Virus record (IMG/VR): IMGVR_UViG_3300030331_006142
Coordinates: 32,001-96,000 of that record
Origin: a virus
Strand: one strand, 5' to 3'
Length of the DNA stretch: 64,000 nucleotides
The notes beneath the pieces were generated by a model. It was not told the origin of the DNA. It searched no databases and saw only the letters and a program-made list of their open reading frames with translations. The number at the start of each line of letters is the position of its first letter. Position 1 is the stretch's first letter. Of the stretch, positions 38,456-47,383 are shown piece by piece. The position numbers and the translations under genes were made by a program.

Positions 38456-38716
38456 TCAATCAACAATGTCTGCTGCAGTGCGAGCGCGGCCGACGTGCTG
38501 GCTTGTGGTCATAGACTGAAAGCCGTGACGGCCTCGTGCTGTGTAATCTCGAAGGACTTTTGCCCCCGTCTTTTCACAAGTGTCACCAATCAATAGGCTG
38601 TAGGAGAACAGCCGCTCTCCATCAGTAGTAAAACAGCCAGTGTGGTTAGATGCTGGTTTGCCTTCTGCCCAAAACTCTGGTACAAGATGGTTGCGAACTT
38701 TCAATACTTTAGTCAT
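38456..38716 (-). CDS. Hypothetical protein
   Basis: Likely start MTKVLKVRN. Confidence 0.65.
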   Translation of the reverse strand: MTKVLKVRNHLVPEFWAEGKPASNHTGCFTTDGERLFSYSLLIGDTCEKTGAKVLRDYTARGRHGFQSMTTSQHVGRARTAADIVD

Positions 38717-38829
38717 TTTGTGTGTCCTTTCACGAACAATGGTGCGACATAGACAGCCGCGATTAAAGCGGCTCCAACCGCCATACAAACAATATCAAGA
38801 ATTTTCATTCTTACTTTTTTCATAATACT

Positions 38830-38858
38830 ATTATACTATGATTCCATAATGATGTCAA
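38830..38858 (-). promoter_or_regulatory. Consensus sigma70 promoter
   Basis: TTGACA-N17-TATAAT. Confidence 0.85.
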
Positions 38859-39508
38859 GTGTCTTTTTTTACAATTTCTTTTCCGAACGATGCACGTAGA
38901 AAGAACGCCATGTACTTATTTTTGAGCTGGGTACCCTTATAAAGTAAGGGAGTGTAAGTTCCATCTGATTTTTTACTAGCCTTGGTGCGAATCTGAAGTA
39001 ATCCATTAGGACCATTGATTGTGTGCAATAGCTCTCGCGATGAGTGGGCGCGCCTGATTTGTGAAGAAATATAATTATAATCTTCTTTGAGCTTTTCATA
39101 GCATTCAGGTGAATTCACTTGGTTAATGGTCTTGGACTTGATGAAGGTGCCGTCTTTCTTGTCAAAACCAGCAAATATTGTTTGCTTTAGTTTTTGGAAT
39201 ACTTTGCTGTCTTTAAACGAAGTCGGATTGTCGACAATATCCGGCAAACAATGACCCAGAGAAGTGATTGCAATAGATTCACCCACTGTAAAAGTCTTCA
39301 ACTCTCCATCGGTCATGTCCGTCAAATCAGAACCGTTTTTAATACCCAGTGCGGACTCTAGGATTTGTCCTCTTTCGCCCTTGTTGGCACCAGGCTTAGG
39401 AAGTTGGTCGAAATCGAATGTGTTCAGCATACCCTCAACTTGAGCAGTTGATAGCTTTGCGGAGTCGATAATATTATTTGCGCTGCTTGTCATTCTTGAT
39501 TCTCTCAA
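38855..39508 (-). CDS. MutH/Sau3AI-family endonuclease
   Basis: NKGERGQILESALG, D...GELKT, GLLQIRTK, AFFLRASF; start may be 39493. Confidence 0.85.
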   Translation of the reverse strand: MRESRMTSSANNIIDSAKLSTAQVEGMLNTFDFDQLPKPGANKGERGQILESALGIKNGSDLTDMTDGELKTFTVGESIAITSLGHCLPDIVDNPTSFKDSKVFQKLKQTIFAGFDKKDGTFIKSKTINQVNSPECYEKLKEDYNYISSQIRRAHSSRELLHTINGPNGLLQIRTKASKKSDGTYTPLLYKGTQLKNKYMAFFLRASFGKEIVKKDT

Positions 39509-39912
39509 TCTCTTCCATGACCCTCACTCTATCATCGCTTGGTAGAGATGTCAAGATTTTTGTTGTCTCCGGTTTTGGAAACTCTACTAAATGACGAGCA
39601 ATACGTCGAATGTGTGCAATTGACCTAATTTCCATGTTAGCCTCCAATTAAAGTTGTCACAAACTGCTTAATGCCGGTGATGCCGATAAAATCTCCGGCC
39701 AAAAATAATGCAACAACAAAAAATAATTTACCAATAAAATCAAACATTTACAATACCGTACCTTCTTATTGAATCAATCTTCCAATCGCTACCAAAGTGC
39801 AGTCGGCGAATGTATGCCCAAGATGCAACTTCCGCAAAGGACTGCCTAGCAACGGTTTCAGTAACAATCTCAGCCGTGTCTGGATTTAAGAACTCTATAA
39901 TGTATGCGTCCA

Positions 39913-40167
39913 TTAGTGATGACCAGGATACATGGTCTGCATCGCATGGTAGCAGTCTGCCGCATCGACTCGGCTTGGGTTTCTCTTTGTGTTGTCAACC
40001 AATCTAAGATTAGCATATACTTTCTTGTTCTTAATATCCAAATCTAGACCCACCACTCGCCCAATATATGAGTAGCCCGACATCCTTACTCTAACCCTGT
40101 CACCCGCCTTGATTTTATTAGGGTTCCATTGGTCAAACAATTTTTCAATGTCTCTGTTTGATACCAT
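39913..40167 (-). CDS. KOW/SH3-like hypothetical protein
   Basis: IKAGDRVRV...IGRVV. Confidence 0.7.
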   Translation of the reverse strand: MVSNRDIEKLFDQWNPNKIKAGDRVRVRMSGYSYIGRVVGLDLDIKNKKVYANLRLVDNTKRNPSRVDAADCYHAMQTMYPGHH

Positions 40168-40194
40168 TTTTTAACCTTTCATAGTTACATTATT

Positions 40195-40223
40195 ATTATA
40201 CATTACCTCGACTAAAAAGTCAA
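40195..40223 (-). promoter_or_regulatory. sigma70-type promoter
   Basis: TTGACT-N17-TATAAT. Confidence 0.75.
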
Positions 40224-40232
40224 GAAAAAAAG

Positions 40233-40314
40233 TAGCTAGGGCGGGACTCGAACCCGCATACCCGGAGGCGGCAGATTTTAAGTCTGCTGTGTATACCAAT
40301 TCCACCACCTAGCC
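40233..40314 (-). tRNA. tRNA-Leu(TAA)
   Basis: Cloverleaf; GCAGA-CT-TAA-AA-TCTGC; long variable arm; CCA not encoded. Confidence 0.93.
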
Positions 40315-40318
40315 ATGT

Positions 40319-40395
<77 letters not shown>

Positions 40396-40404
40396 ATATA
40401 ATTA

Positions 40405-40476
40405 GGCGTGTGGTGAGAATCGAACTCACATCATCAGCTTGGAAGGCTGAGGTAATGGCCGTTATACGACACACGC
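40405..40476 (-). tRNA. tRNA-Gly(TCC)
   Basis: TCAGC-CT-TCC-AA-GCTGA; CCA not encoded. Confidence 0.92.
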
Positions 40477-40483
40477 GTGATTG

Positions 40484-40556
40484 TGGAGCATCTGGGACTC
40501 GAACCCAGAACCAGCGGATTAAAAGTCCGATGCGCTGCCAATTGCGCCAATGCTCC
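40484..40556 (-). tRNA. tRNA-Lys(TTT)
   Basis: CGGA-CT-TTT-AA-TCCG; acceptor GGAGCAT/ATGCTCC. Confidence 0.92.
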
Positions 40557-40705
40557 TCATGCCCTAATTATTCTCCCAAACTTAATCTTCGAGCCATGCA
40601 ACTCCAAGAGCGTCTTCTTCTTTTTCTCACAAATCTTTTTCGTTGCATAAATATGCTCCTTTGGTTCTTTGCCGATTCGATACTCTAAATGATAAATCGC
40701 TGTAC

Positions 40706-40915
40706 TCATACTGATTTCTCTACTTTTCTCAAGGAATGGCCGCCAGTCCAGAAGACACCATAGTCGTCTGCCCAGCGGACCCTATAAGTTGGTTCTGACA
40801 CGGCGCCATCGACGCCCCAGCGCTCCTGAATATCGATGATGATACCAACCCGGAGATAGTGGGGGCTGTCCTCGATAAGCCCATCTCGCTTCATTACTAA
40901 ATCACCGACTTTCAC
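40706..40915 (-). CDS. MKVGDLV mini-protein (array D)
   Basis: ORF track. Confidence 0.85.
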   Translation of the reverse strand: MKVGDLVMKRDGLIEDSPHYLRVGIIIDIQERWGVDGAVSEPTYRVRWADDYGVFWTGGHSLRKVEKSV

Positions 40916-41075
40916 TGATTAGCTCCAATTCTCTTTTGTGCAAGAAAACAATTGTGCCAGAATTCAACAATACATCGTAATACATACCATCTCCACTCAA
41001 CATACTGTAGACTAATCCATATTTGTTGCCATGATATATCTTCGGTAGAATCCTGACTAAATCACCGACTTTCAC
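40902..41075 (-). CDS. MKVGDLV mini-protein (array D), 57 aa
   Basis: Manual translation MKVGDLVRILPK...LELISESR. Confidence 0.8.
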   Translation of the reverse strand: MKVGDLVRILPKIYHGNKYGLVYSMLSGDGMYYDVLLNSGTIVFLHKRELELISESR

Positions 41076-41265
41076 TTATAACTCCTATGCTTGGATGTCC
41101 TTGACTGAACCACCCATTACCATCTCCAGTTTGCCACACAATGAAAACCTGGTCTCCATCCGGATGGGTTATAATCTTCTGGACAAGCCCAAAGTCCACC
41201 TTAACATGGTTTTCTCCCAAATATTTATACTCAGCGTACCACTGAACCAAATCACCGACTTTCAC
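41062..41265 (-). CDS. MKVGDLV mini-protein (array D)
   Basis: Ends GVISESR. Confidence 0.85.
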   Translation of the reverse strand: MKVGDLVQWYAEYKYLGENHVKVDFGLVQKIITHPDGDQVFIVWQTGDGNGWFSQGHPSIGVISESR

Positions 41266-41440
41266 TGATAACCTTCAGTGCTTTGTAACTCCACAATCTT
41301 TTGCCCTGCGCGGTGATGACGTGAACGTCAGGATTCAAGAACGCACTCTCATCATAACTCGGGCACTTACCAGCATAACCTAGGCCGGTCACGATTCCTG
41401 TGTGGCCTTGCCCATTTCTAACTAAATCACCGACCTTCAC
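41252..41440 (-). CDS. MKVGDLV mini-protein (array D)
   Basis: Ends KVISESR; shares NPDVHV core with 29831-30031. Confidence 0.85.
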   Translation of the reverse strand: MKVGDLVRNGQGHTGIVTGLGYAGKCPSYDESAFLNPDVHVITAQGKRLWSYKALKVISESR

Positions 41441-41624
41441 TTATAACCTCCAAGTCCTCGACCCAGTCCCAATCTCTTTGAATCCCGCATGTCCTGCGCT
41501 TTGGTGGCCACAGTACACGAACTCTATCACCAGATGGAATCCTTAAAAACTCTACAGCACATCCAACTAGGCCCTGCAAGCCAGTGTGGTAACTCCTGTA
41601 TTTGACCAAATCACCGACCTTCAC
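41427..41624 (-). CDS. MKVGDLV mini-protein (array D)
   Basis: Ends EVISEGR. Confidence 0.85.
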   Translation of the reverse strand: MKVGDLVKYRSYHTGLQGLVGCAVEFLRIPSGDRVRVLWPPKRRTCGIQRDWDWVEDLEVISEGR

Positions 41625-41811
41625 TTATCACCTCCATCTCTAAATCTCCCCAATCAAAGGATTCTTGTGTATAAGTCTCAACATCTCCGTCGCAGAAGAG
41701 CATTGTCCATTCAAGTCGGCCAGGATACGATGGTGGGTGGTCAGAATCTATCACGAGGGCGTAGTAAACACCTTCTGCGAAGCCTAGTTTTACTAAATCA
41801 CCGACTTTCAT
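41611..41811 (-). CDS. MKVGDLV mini-protein (array D)
   Basis: Start reassigned to ATG 41811 after AGGAG. Confidence 0.85.
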   Translation of the reverse strand: MKVGDLVKLGFAEGVYYALVIDSDHPPSYPGRLEWTMLFCDGDVETYTQESFDWGDLEMEVISEGR

Positions 41812-41832
41812 TTGTCTTCTCCTGAAGCGTAG

Positions 41833-41906
<74 letters not shown>

Positions 41907-42000
41907 TTATTAGGCTCATACTTTACATTAACATAGATAAACAAAATACCTGAGCCGATTATTGAGAAAAGCAAGAACAAGTCTCCAATCATTTCAATAT

Positions 42001-42198
42001 TCATTGTACCACCTTGGTAAGCATATGTCTAGGAAAATCTTGAACTTTTGCATGCTCATCCCATGTAATATATATTCTGAACCAGTCTTCGTCGATTTGA
42101 GAGAAGACGACGCCCTTAGTTTGGTTAGGGAGTGGCTTGATTTGTTTGCTAGACACAACGTAAACCAAATCTCCAACTTTTACAGGCGACATCAACAC
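42001..42198 (-). CDS. VKVGDLV mini-protein
   Basis: ORF track. Confidence 0.7.
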   Translation of the reverse strand: MLMSPVKVGDLVYVVSSKQIKPLPNQTKGVVFSQIDEDWFRIYITWDEHAKVQDFPRHMLTKVVQ

Positions 42199-42581
42199 CA
42201 GTCTCCTATATCTGAAAAAATATCAACACTATTCTTCTTTTCTTGCCTTTCTCTGTGTCTTTTTAGGTTTTCATTTTTTACTTTTTCTTTCTCCTCTTCA
42301 TGAAGGTCCAGAATAGCGGCGCTGTGAGTAATCATATAGCTTGAATCACCGCCCTGATACACTCTTAGTTTCTCTCCCGTAGAGAGAGTTAGTGTCGGGT
42401 CTCTATCTTTTATATATTTGTTAGTCACCACGTCCCACGGATACACCATCTTCTCCACTGTTCTCATCGAACCGCCAGAAACCTGAATGTATGGCACCTT
42501 AAATTTTCCAAAATTATTCGCGTGCAAAAAAACGCGCGTGCCGTCAACCAGAAAGGAAATAGATTTTATTTTATTTTGCAC
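42192..42581 (-). CDS. Hypothetical protein
   Basis: Coupled ORF. Confidence 0.65.
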   Translation of the reverse strand: MQNKIKSISFLVDGTRVFLHANNFGKFKVPYIQVSGGSMRTVEKMVYPWDVVTNKYIKDRDPTLTLSTGEKLRVYQGGDSSYMITHSAAILDLHEEEKEKVKNENLKRHRERQEKKNSVDIFSDIGDWC

Positions 42582-43261
42582 TTTTTTGCCCTCTTTAGGT
42601 CAGACTCATGAGCGTAGATGGGAGCCACCTCTCCTGTAAGTAGTACCTGATACATTCTGGAACCCCTAGCTGCGCGAGTTACTGGTCTTGCATCTGTCTT
42701 AATAACAAAGCCTACCTTGTCAACCATCTTACGACGGACAGACCTGTTGGGATATGAGAAGCCATCATCAGATACATTAGCAATGTCAATCTTGTTGGTT
42801 GCTCTGATTTGCACGGTATCTCCAACATTGAATTTTAACTCTTCTTCATAGTTCTTCAGGACTTTCAAGGAATACTTATTGTTGGTAAACTTTAAGAAAT
42901 CCGATTCGACAAAGAAGAAATTATCTTTGTCCGATAAGGCTTCATCAACAAGAGGTCTATAATAGGGCGGATTGGCTTTGTAGTAGTATGCAACTTTTAG
43001 ACAAAGGTCTCTGTGATAATCTGACCAACATTCTTTCCAGTATTGCTTCTCTGCTATAACCACATCAGTATACTTTGCTTCGATTTTGTCTATTGTCCTG
43101 ATTTGGCTTTCCGAAAGATAATCTCGTTTTTTGCTTTGCTCAAGCACAGACTCAAGAAAGCCCTTTTCCCACATATCTTCTTGTGGTTCCGAGTTCTCAT
43201 ACACTCGGTCGAGTAAACATTCCAGTTGAAATGTGGTCGGAGTGTTCTTGGCCTGGTTCAT
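42566..43261 (-). CDS. Hypothetical protein with C-terminal SH3-like module
   Basis: FNVGDTVQIR...VGFVI...YQV...ESDLK. Confidence 0.75.
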   Translation of the reverse strand: MNQAKNTPTTFQLECLLDRVYENSEPQEDMWEKGFLESVLEQSKKRDYLSESQIRTIDKIEAKYTDVVIAEKQYWKECWSDYHRDLCLKVAYYYKANPPYYRPLVDEALSDKDNFFFVESDFLKFTNNKYSLKVLKNYEEELKFNVGDTVQIRATNKIDIANVSDDGFSYPNRSVRRKMVDKVGFVIKTDARPVTRAARGSRMYQVLLTGEVAPIYAHESDLKRAKKCKIK

Positions 43262-43452
43262 GGGTTCACCTTCTTAAGAGAAGACCTCATGACCTTCAAT
43301 GCTCTACTTTGCCCTGCCCAGAGAACAGTAACAATAGCATCGCCGCTAAAAATATTTGACTCAATAACTTCAACAAGAACACCAGGCTTCGCATTACGAG
43401 TGCTATTGGTGCCAATAACTAAGTCACCAGCTTTCATCCAAAACTCCTTCAT
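43258..43452 (-). CDS. MKAGDLV mini-protein
   Basis: ORF track; upstream TTGACA-N17-TATTAT. Confidence 0.7.
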   Translation of the reverse strand: MKEFWMKAGDLVIGTNSTRNAKPGVLVEVIESNIFSGDAIVTVLWAGQSRALKVMRSSLKKVNP

Positions 43453-43668
43453 TGTTATATTATAATAATATCAGATACTTGTAGGTTTGTCAAGGTTTTA
43501 TTTCAGAAATATCATACACTAATTCTGCACAATGATACCACCCCGGAGGTGCAGTGGGCTTGGTCCAAATCATGTATGCCATAAAGTTATTTATTTGCAG
43601 ACATTGACCGAAGCAAGAAAATCTTGTTGAATAGTAAACTGTGTTTTTCTTCAACGACGCTTTTTTCA

Positions 43669-43917
43669 TCAAGAATATGAGTATTCTAATTTTTTTATTC
43701 GAGCGGCAAAATTGATATTTTTTGCCGGGACATCACCCGGTGAAACAAATTCCACCTCCGAGTCTTTGAGTTCTGCCCATTCTCCGTTTTCTTCAAAGAC
43801 ACAAAGATGTTTTTGCGTATTCATGTCAGTAGCGACATACATTCCAATTTTGCCCTTCAGGTCTAGGCCAAACAAGTCGTAGTGAACCAGAACTTTGACT
43901 TCTTCTCCTCTTTTCAT
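43669..43917 (-). CDS. Hypothetical protein
   Basis: Coupled ORF. Confidence 0.65.
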   Translation of the reverse strand: MKRGEEVKVLVHYDLFGLDLKGKIGMYVATDMNTQKHLCVFEENGEWAELKDSEVEFVSPGDVPAKNINFAARIKKLEYSYS

Positions 43918-44201
43918 TTCGACTCCTTGCGAATGAGGCCAGTTTGCCTAAGCAAGTCAGCGATGCCCTGGGTAAGCGATAATCTAGCTGCTTCGCTACC
44001 AAAGTTACACTGCCCATTTTTTTGCTCCTCAAGAAAATCCCTGATTGCGATAAAGACTTTCTCGTAATTGTTATCTGCCTCTGAAAGGTTTTTCGTATCT
44101 AAATTATCAACTGTAAAACCAGAAGCTGTACGTTCTGTTCCTCCGGGGCCGTGAGTATCTTCTGACCATGAATATCCCTTGCCTTTTCTGATGTTTCTCA
44201 A
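43914..44201 (-). CDS. Hypothetical protein
   Basis: Coupled ORF. Confidence 0.6.
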   Translation of the reverse strand: MRNIRKGKGYSWSEDTHGPGGTERTASGFTVDNLDTKNLSEADNNYEKVFIAIRDFLEEQKNGQCNFGSEAARLSLTQGIADLLRQTGLIRKESK

Positions 44202-44392
44202 CGTGAAAACTCGCTTTCGTTTGCTACCAACAGCAATGAATCAGCCAACTCGAATGCCGAAGCAGCGTCCAAGTCTATTCTGTAGTCCCCTCCGATGAGG
44301 AGAGTGACGCATCTATTTTCTTGGAAAATTTCCGCTAAAATTACATCTCCGTCCGGAGTGTTCAAATAAAATTCATTCTTCTCTGAAGTCAC
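44198..44392 (-). CDS. Hypothetical protein
   Basis: Likely GTG start at 44392. Confidence 0.55.
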   Translation of the reverse strand: MTSEKNEFYLNTPDGDVILAEIFQENRCVTLLIGGDYRIDLDAASAFELADSLLLVANESEFSR

Positions 44393-44607
44393 TTTTCTCT
44401 CTTTTTTGTTACCTGCGCAGGTTCTTCTTGGATTTGTTGCAGCTTCCAATATTTATACTTAACTATGCTGCCCTCCATAAGGCCAGATTCTATAATCACA
44501 TTATAGTGGTCTTCGCCGATTCGGCCGACGATTTTACCCCTTGTTTTCAAGGGCTTGCCAAATGGATAATCCAAAATCCACACTTTTGTATTTCTTTTTA
44601 ATGCCAT
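44389..44607 (-). CDS. SH3-like hypothetical protein
   Basis: Likely start MALKRNTKV. Confidence 0.65.
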   Translation of the reverse strand: MALKRNTKVWILDYPFGKPLKTRGKIVGRIGEDHYNVIIESGLMEGSIVKYKYWKLQQIQEEPAQVTKKREK

Positions 44608-44641
44608 ACTATAAATATGACATAGCAAATAAAATAGCGCT

Positions 44642-45562
44642 CTAAGAATCGCGGAGCTTTAACAGAGCCTTTTCTTTCTTTTTACATTCTAGCATAATAT
44701 CATGCTGCTGTCCATAAGAATTTACTGGCTTTTTGATAAAATCTGAATGAGCTTGTGGGCGAATTTTTGGGTCGCCCTGTTCAACAGCTCTCGACTCTGA
44801 GACGTGAACAACGGGGTCGATTCCTTCTGGCCAGGTTGAGGCTGCGAGTTCGAGGGCTTTTCGCTCTGTGAGTCCTCCTGTGCAGAATCTATGGTGATGG
44901 TAATCGAAAACAATCGGGATTCCAGTTTCGTGATAAATCTTTTCATAAATTTCCTTTACAGACCACATGCTCGCTTTGTCGTCATTCTCCAATGTAAAGC
45001 GCATCTTAGTGTTTTTGTCCAAACCTCCTGGCTTGTGGAAATTTTCAATGAAACGCTTTGCTGTCGCTTCTTTGTCTCCATATGTGCCGCCGACGTGGAT
45101 GTTGATTTTGTTGTAGTGACTAGGAAAGAAGCCCATCATGTCAAAAATGCGAGAATGGTTGTTCAGTTCCTTATACGTTTTTTCCACAACACCTTGCTTT
45201 GGCGATGCCAGGCAGCAGAACGGCCCGGGATGAAAAGTTAAGCGGTGACCGTTAGAGACTGCGTACTCGCCAATCCTAGCTAGGGTCCTACGGATAATGG
45301 AAATGTCCGGCAAATCGTCGTACTCGTACTCTGAGGCCCAAGGGAAGATGTCTGACGACATGCGATAGAATCTAATGTCTTGTTGTTCGTTCCAATCGAG
45401 AATCTTTTCAAGGTCGAGCACGTTTTGCAATGCTAGTTCACTCGCACGATGGAGACCCTCCTTGAGGAAAGTTCGCTTAATCATTGAGCGGTTGGTTGTA
45501 ATACGCTTAGATTTAGGCACATCAGATAGGGTCATGTTGATACAGGCGTATCCGTAGTTCAT
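44642..45562 (-). CDS. uvsE: UV damage endonuclease
   Basis: GYACIN, FYRMSS..FP, RLTFHP, NIHVGG, LENDD, VFDYHHH, HVSES, AHSD, MLECK.KE. Confidence 0.95.
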   Translation of the reverse strand: MNYGYACINMTLSDVPKSKRITTNRSMIKRTFLKEGLHRASELALQNVLDLEKILDWNEQQDIRFYRMSSDIFPWASEYEYDDLPDISIIRRTLARIGEYAVSNGHRLTFHPGPFCCLASPKQGVVEKTYKELNNHSRIFDMMGFFPSHYNKINIHVGGTYGDKEATAKRFIENFHKPGGLDKNTKMRFTLENDDKASMWSVKEIYEKIYHETGIPIVFDYHHHRFCTGGLTERKALELAASTWPEGIDPVVHVSESRAVEQGDPKIRPQAHSDFIKKPVNSYGQQHDIMLECKKKEKALLKLRDS

Positions 45563-45593
45563 GATTGTTCCTTGTTGTTATGGTTGTTTATAA

Positions 45594-45622
45594 AGTATAA
45601 CTTATTTGTTTATGAATGTCAA
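45594..45622 (-). promoter_or_regulatory. sigma70-type promoter
   Basis: TTGACA-N17-TATACT. Confidence 0.8.
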
Positions 45623-45918
45623 TCAAAAAAATAACAGTTTTCTCGCTGCCACTCTAGATTTCTTTCTGCGCAATCTGAACTTCTAAGGAGCCAACAAAAA
45701 TCAGTCTCAAAACCTGTGGAACATTGATGAGTACAGCTTTCCGCAGAAGGACTCATCAATCCATGAATCTCCGTGTCAACGCTGTAGCAGACCCAGACAC
45801 TATCCGGGCGACTTGGGGATGATGGGCTACCAGCACTTAAAGTGGATTCATATGTCGGCTGAGTTTGCTCTAGACAGGAGACAATCAAAATGGAAAAAAT
45901 GATAATAACCCGACTCAT
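45619..45918 (-). CDS. Cys-rich putative lipoprotein
   Basis: Hydrophobic N-region, LIVSC lipobox. Confidence 0.65.
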   Translation of the reverse strand: MSRVIIIFSILIVSCLEQTQPTYESTLSAGSPSSPSRPDSVWVCYSVDTEIHGLMSPSAESCTHQCSTGFETDFCWLLRSSDCAERNLEWQRENCYFFD

Positions 45919-46349
45919 TCTTCAGATATTTCCAAGGCGCCAAAATTGTTCGCGGTGTCGGTCAGGCGCCATCCGTATTCTTCTACAATTTTTTCTACAA
46001 TTTTTCTCATTTTGTCTGACTTTCCTGTCACTATCTTGCATGGAAGCTCAACAAAGTTCAAGAATTCTCTCACTTTTTCATCCACCTTGTCGTGCTGAGT
46101 ACCGTGCAAATCTAACATGCGGTCTGTTCTTTTTTTTCTTCTTCTTTTTGTGTTCGCATATCTTACATCAACGTCTGGGAGCTTTTTGCTGTCAATTGAG
46201 TTCCAGACATGTGCTTTTGAAGTTCTACAAACCCTTTCGCGAAAAAAATAATATACGTAACCCTTTGTTACCTTAGTCACGACCCCAGCATTTTCGCCTG
46301 CTACTAAAAGGTCTCCTTTTTTTAATTTATACAGTTTCATCACTCTCAC
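45915..46349 (-). CDS. Smr-domain protein with N-terminal SH3-like module
   Basis: LDLHG...KIVTGKS...NFGAL. Confidence 0.75.
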   Translation of the reverse strand: MRVMKLYKLKKGDLLVAGENAGVVTKVTKGYVYYFFRERVCRTSKAHVWNSIDSKKLPDVDVRYANTKRRRKKRTDRMLDLHGTQHDKVDEKVREFLNFVELPCKIVTGKSDKMRKIVEKIVEEYGWRLTDTANNFGALEISEE

Positions 46350-46638
46350 CTATTTTTGGAAGCTCCAACTTGAAAAGCCAGTTTGTAGAAACTAGCCCCG
46401 ATGTATCACTAATTTTATTTTTCTTTGAAACCATCTTCTTAAAAAAAAATTCATGGGCTGTGTTTGGCAACATCTGCACTACTGCCACTTCGCGGTGGTT
46501 TCTGTTTTTTCCACTTTCATTATACCCATAAACATCAACTATGTCAAGAAGAATCCCAATCCAAACTTTTCCGTAAAGAACGTGATATACAAGGTCACCT
46601 ACCTTGAGTTCTCTGATTTTCGATTTCTTGCTCTGCAT
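46327..46638 (-). CDS. LKVGDLV SH3-like protein
   Basis: ORF track. Confidence 0.7.
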   Translation of the reverse strand: MQSKKSKIRELKVGDLVYHVLYGKVWIGILLDIVDVYGYNESGKNRNHREVAVVQMLPNTAHEFFFKKMVSKKNKISDTSGLVSTNWLFKLELPKIGESDETV

Positions 46639-46788
46639 AGTGTGCCACGACCCCCAAAGTAATTAAGGAGGTAATCCACAGAACAATCAAAATAGGCATA
46701 ATTTTATCCAAAATTTTCAAAATAATAAAAAATATAAGCAGTAATCAAGGCTGATGCAATCGCGCAGGGCCAATCGATGCCCCTCCCA

Positions 46789-47382
46789 TTAAACATAAGT
46801 ATTTACACTTGTTAATGCAGCCAAGTCATTTAGTATACCCTGCACAACGTCGTACCTATTCCTCTTCTTCGCGTCGTCTAGAAAGAGCCTCAAAGAGCGA
46901 AATGTCCTATCGCAATTTACATAAAACTCAAAAGACTTGATTATAGACTCAAAACTTGCATTGACTATTGACTTCGAAGTTGTGGTGAAGTCCGCTCTAT
47001 CATTCTGAGCAGTTTTGAGAGAAAAGGTCACACAAACTTTAGCATCTGAGGCCGAGGTCTTGCTCGAATAGGAAAACGCTGGGAGGACATTCAACCCAAC
47101 CAAACTAATGCTCCCAAGAGACGGATATTGTGGCGTAAGCAATCGACTACAACAGGAGAATACTGCGTCCACGAAGCCACAGCCCTCTGCAGAGGAAAAA
47201 GAATGCTGGTACACCTGTTTGCCGCGGCGCTCTTCAAAGGAAAAATCTACATTTGTTTTTTCGCAGTCAGCGGTCTCGGTGATGCAAATTTGACCTGGGA
47301 CAAAGCATGTCTTTTCTGATTTCAGAATTTTGTCAAAAATAGCTTTTATGTTCTCTCTTTTGAAATCACCGGGGGTTTTCAT
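46789..47382 (-). CDS. Stand-alone LeuA allosteric-domain-like protein
   Basis: EGCGFVDAVF...SDAKVCV...SIVNASFES resembles G.GPVDA...DA...DIV.AS. Confidence 0.55.
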   Translation of the reverse strand: MKTPGDFKRENIKAIFDKILKSEKTCFVPGQICITETADCEKTNVDFSFEERRGKQVYQHSFSSAEGCGFVDAVFSCCSRLLTPQYPSLGSISLVGLNVLPAFSYSSKTSASDAKVCVTFSLKTAQNDRADFTTTSKSIVNASFESIIKSFEFYVNCDRTFRSLRLFLDDAKKRNRYDVVQGILNDLAALTSVNTYV

Positions 47383-47383
47383 T

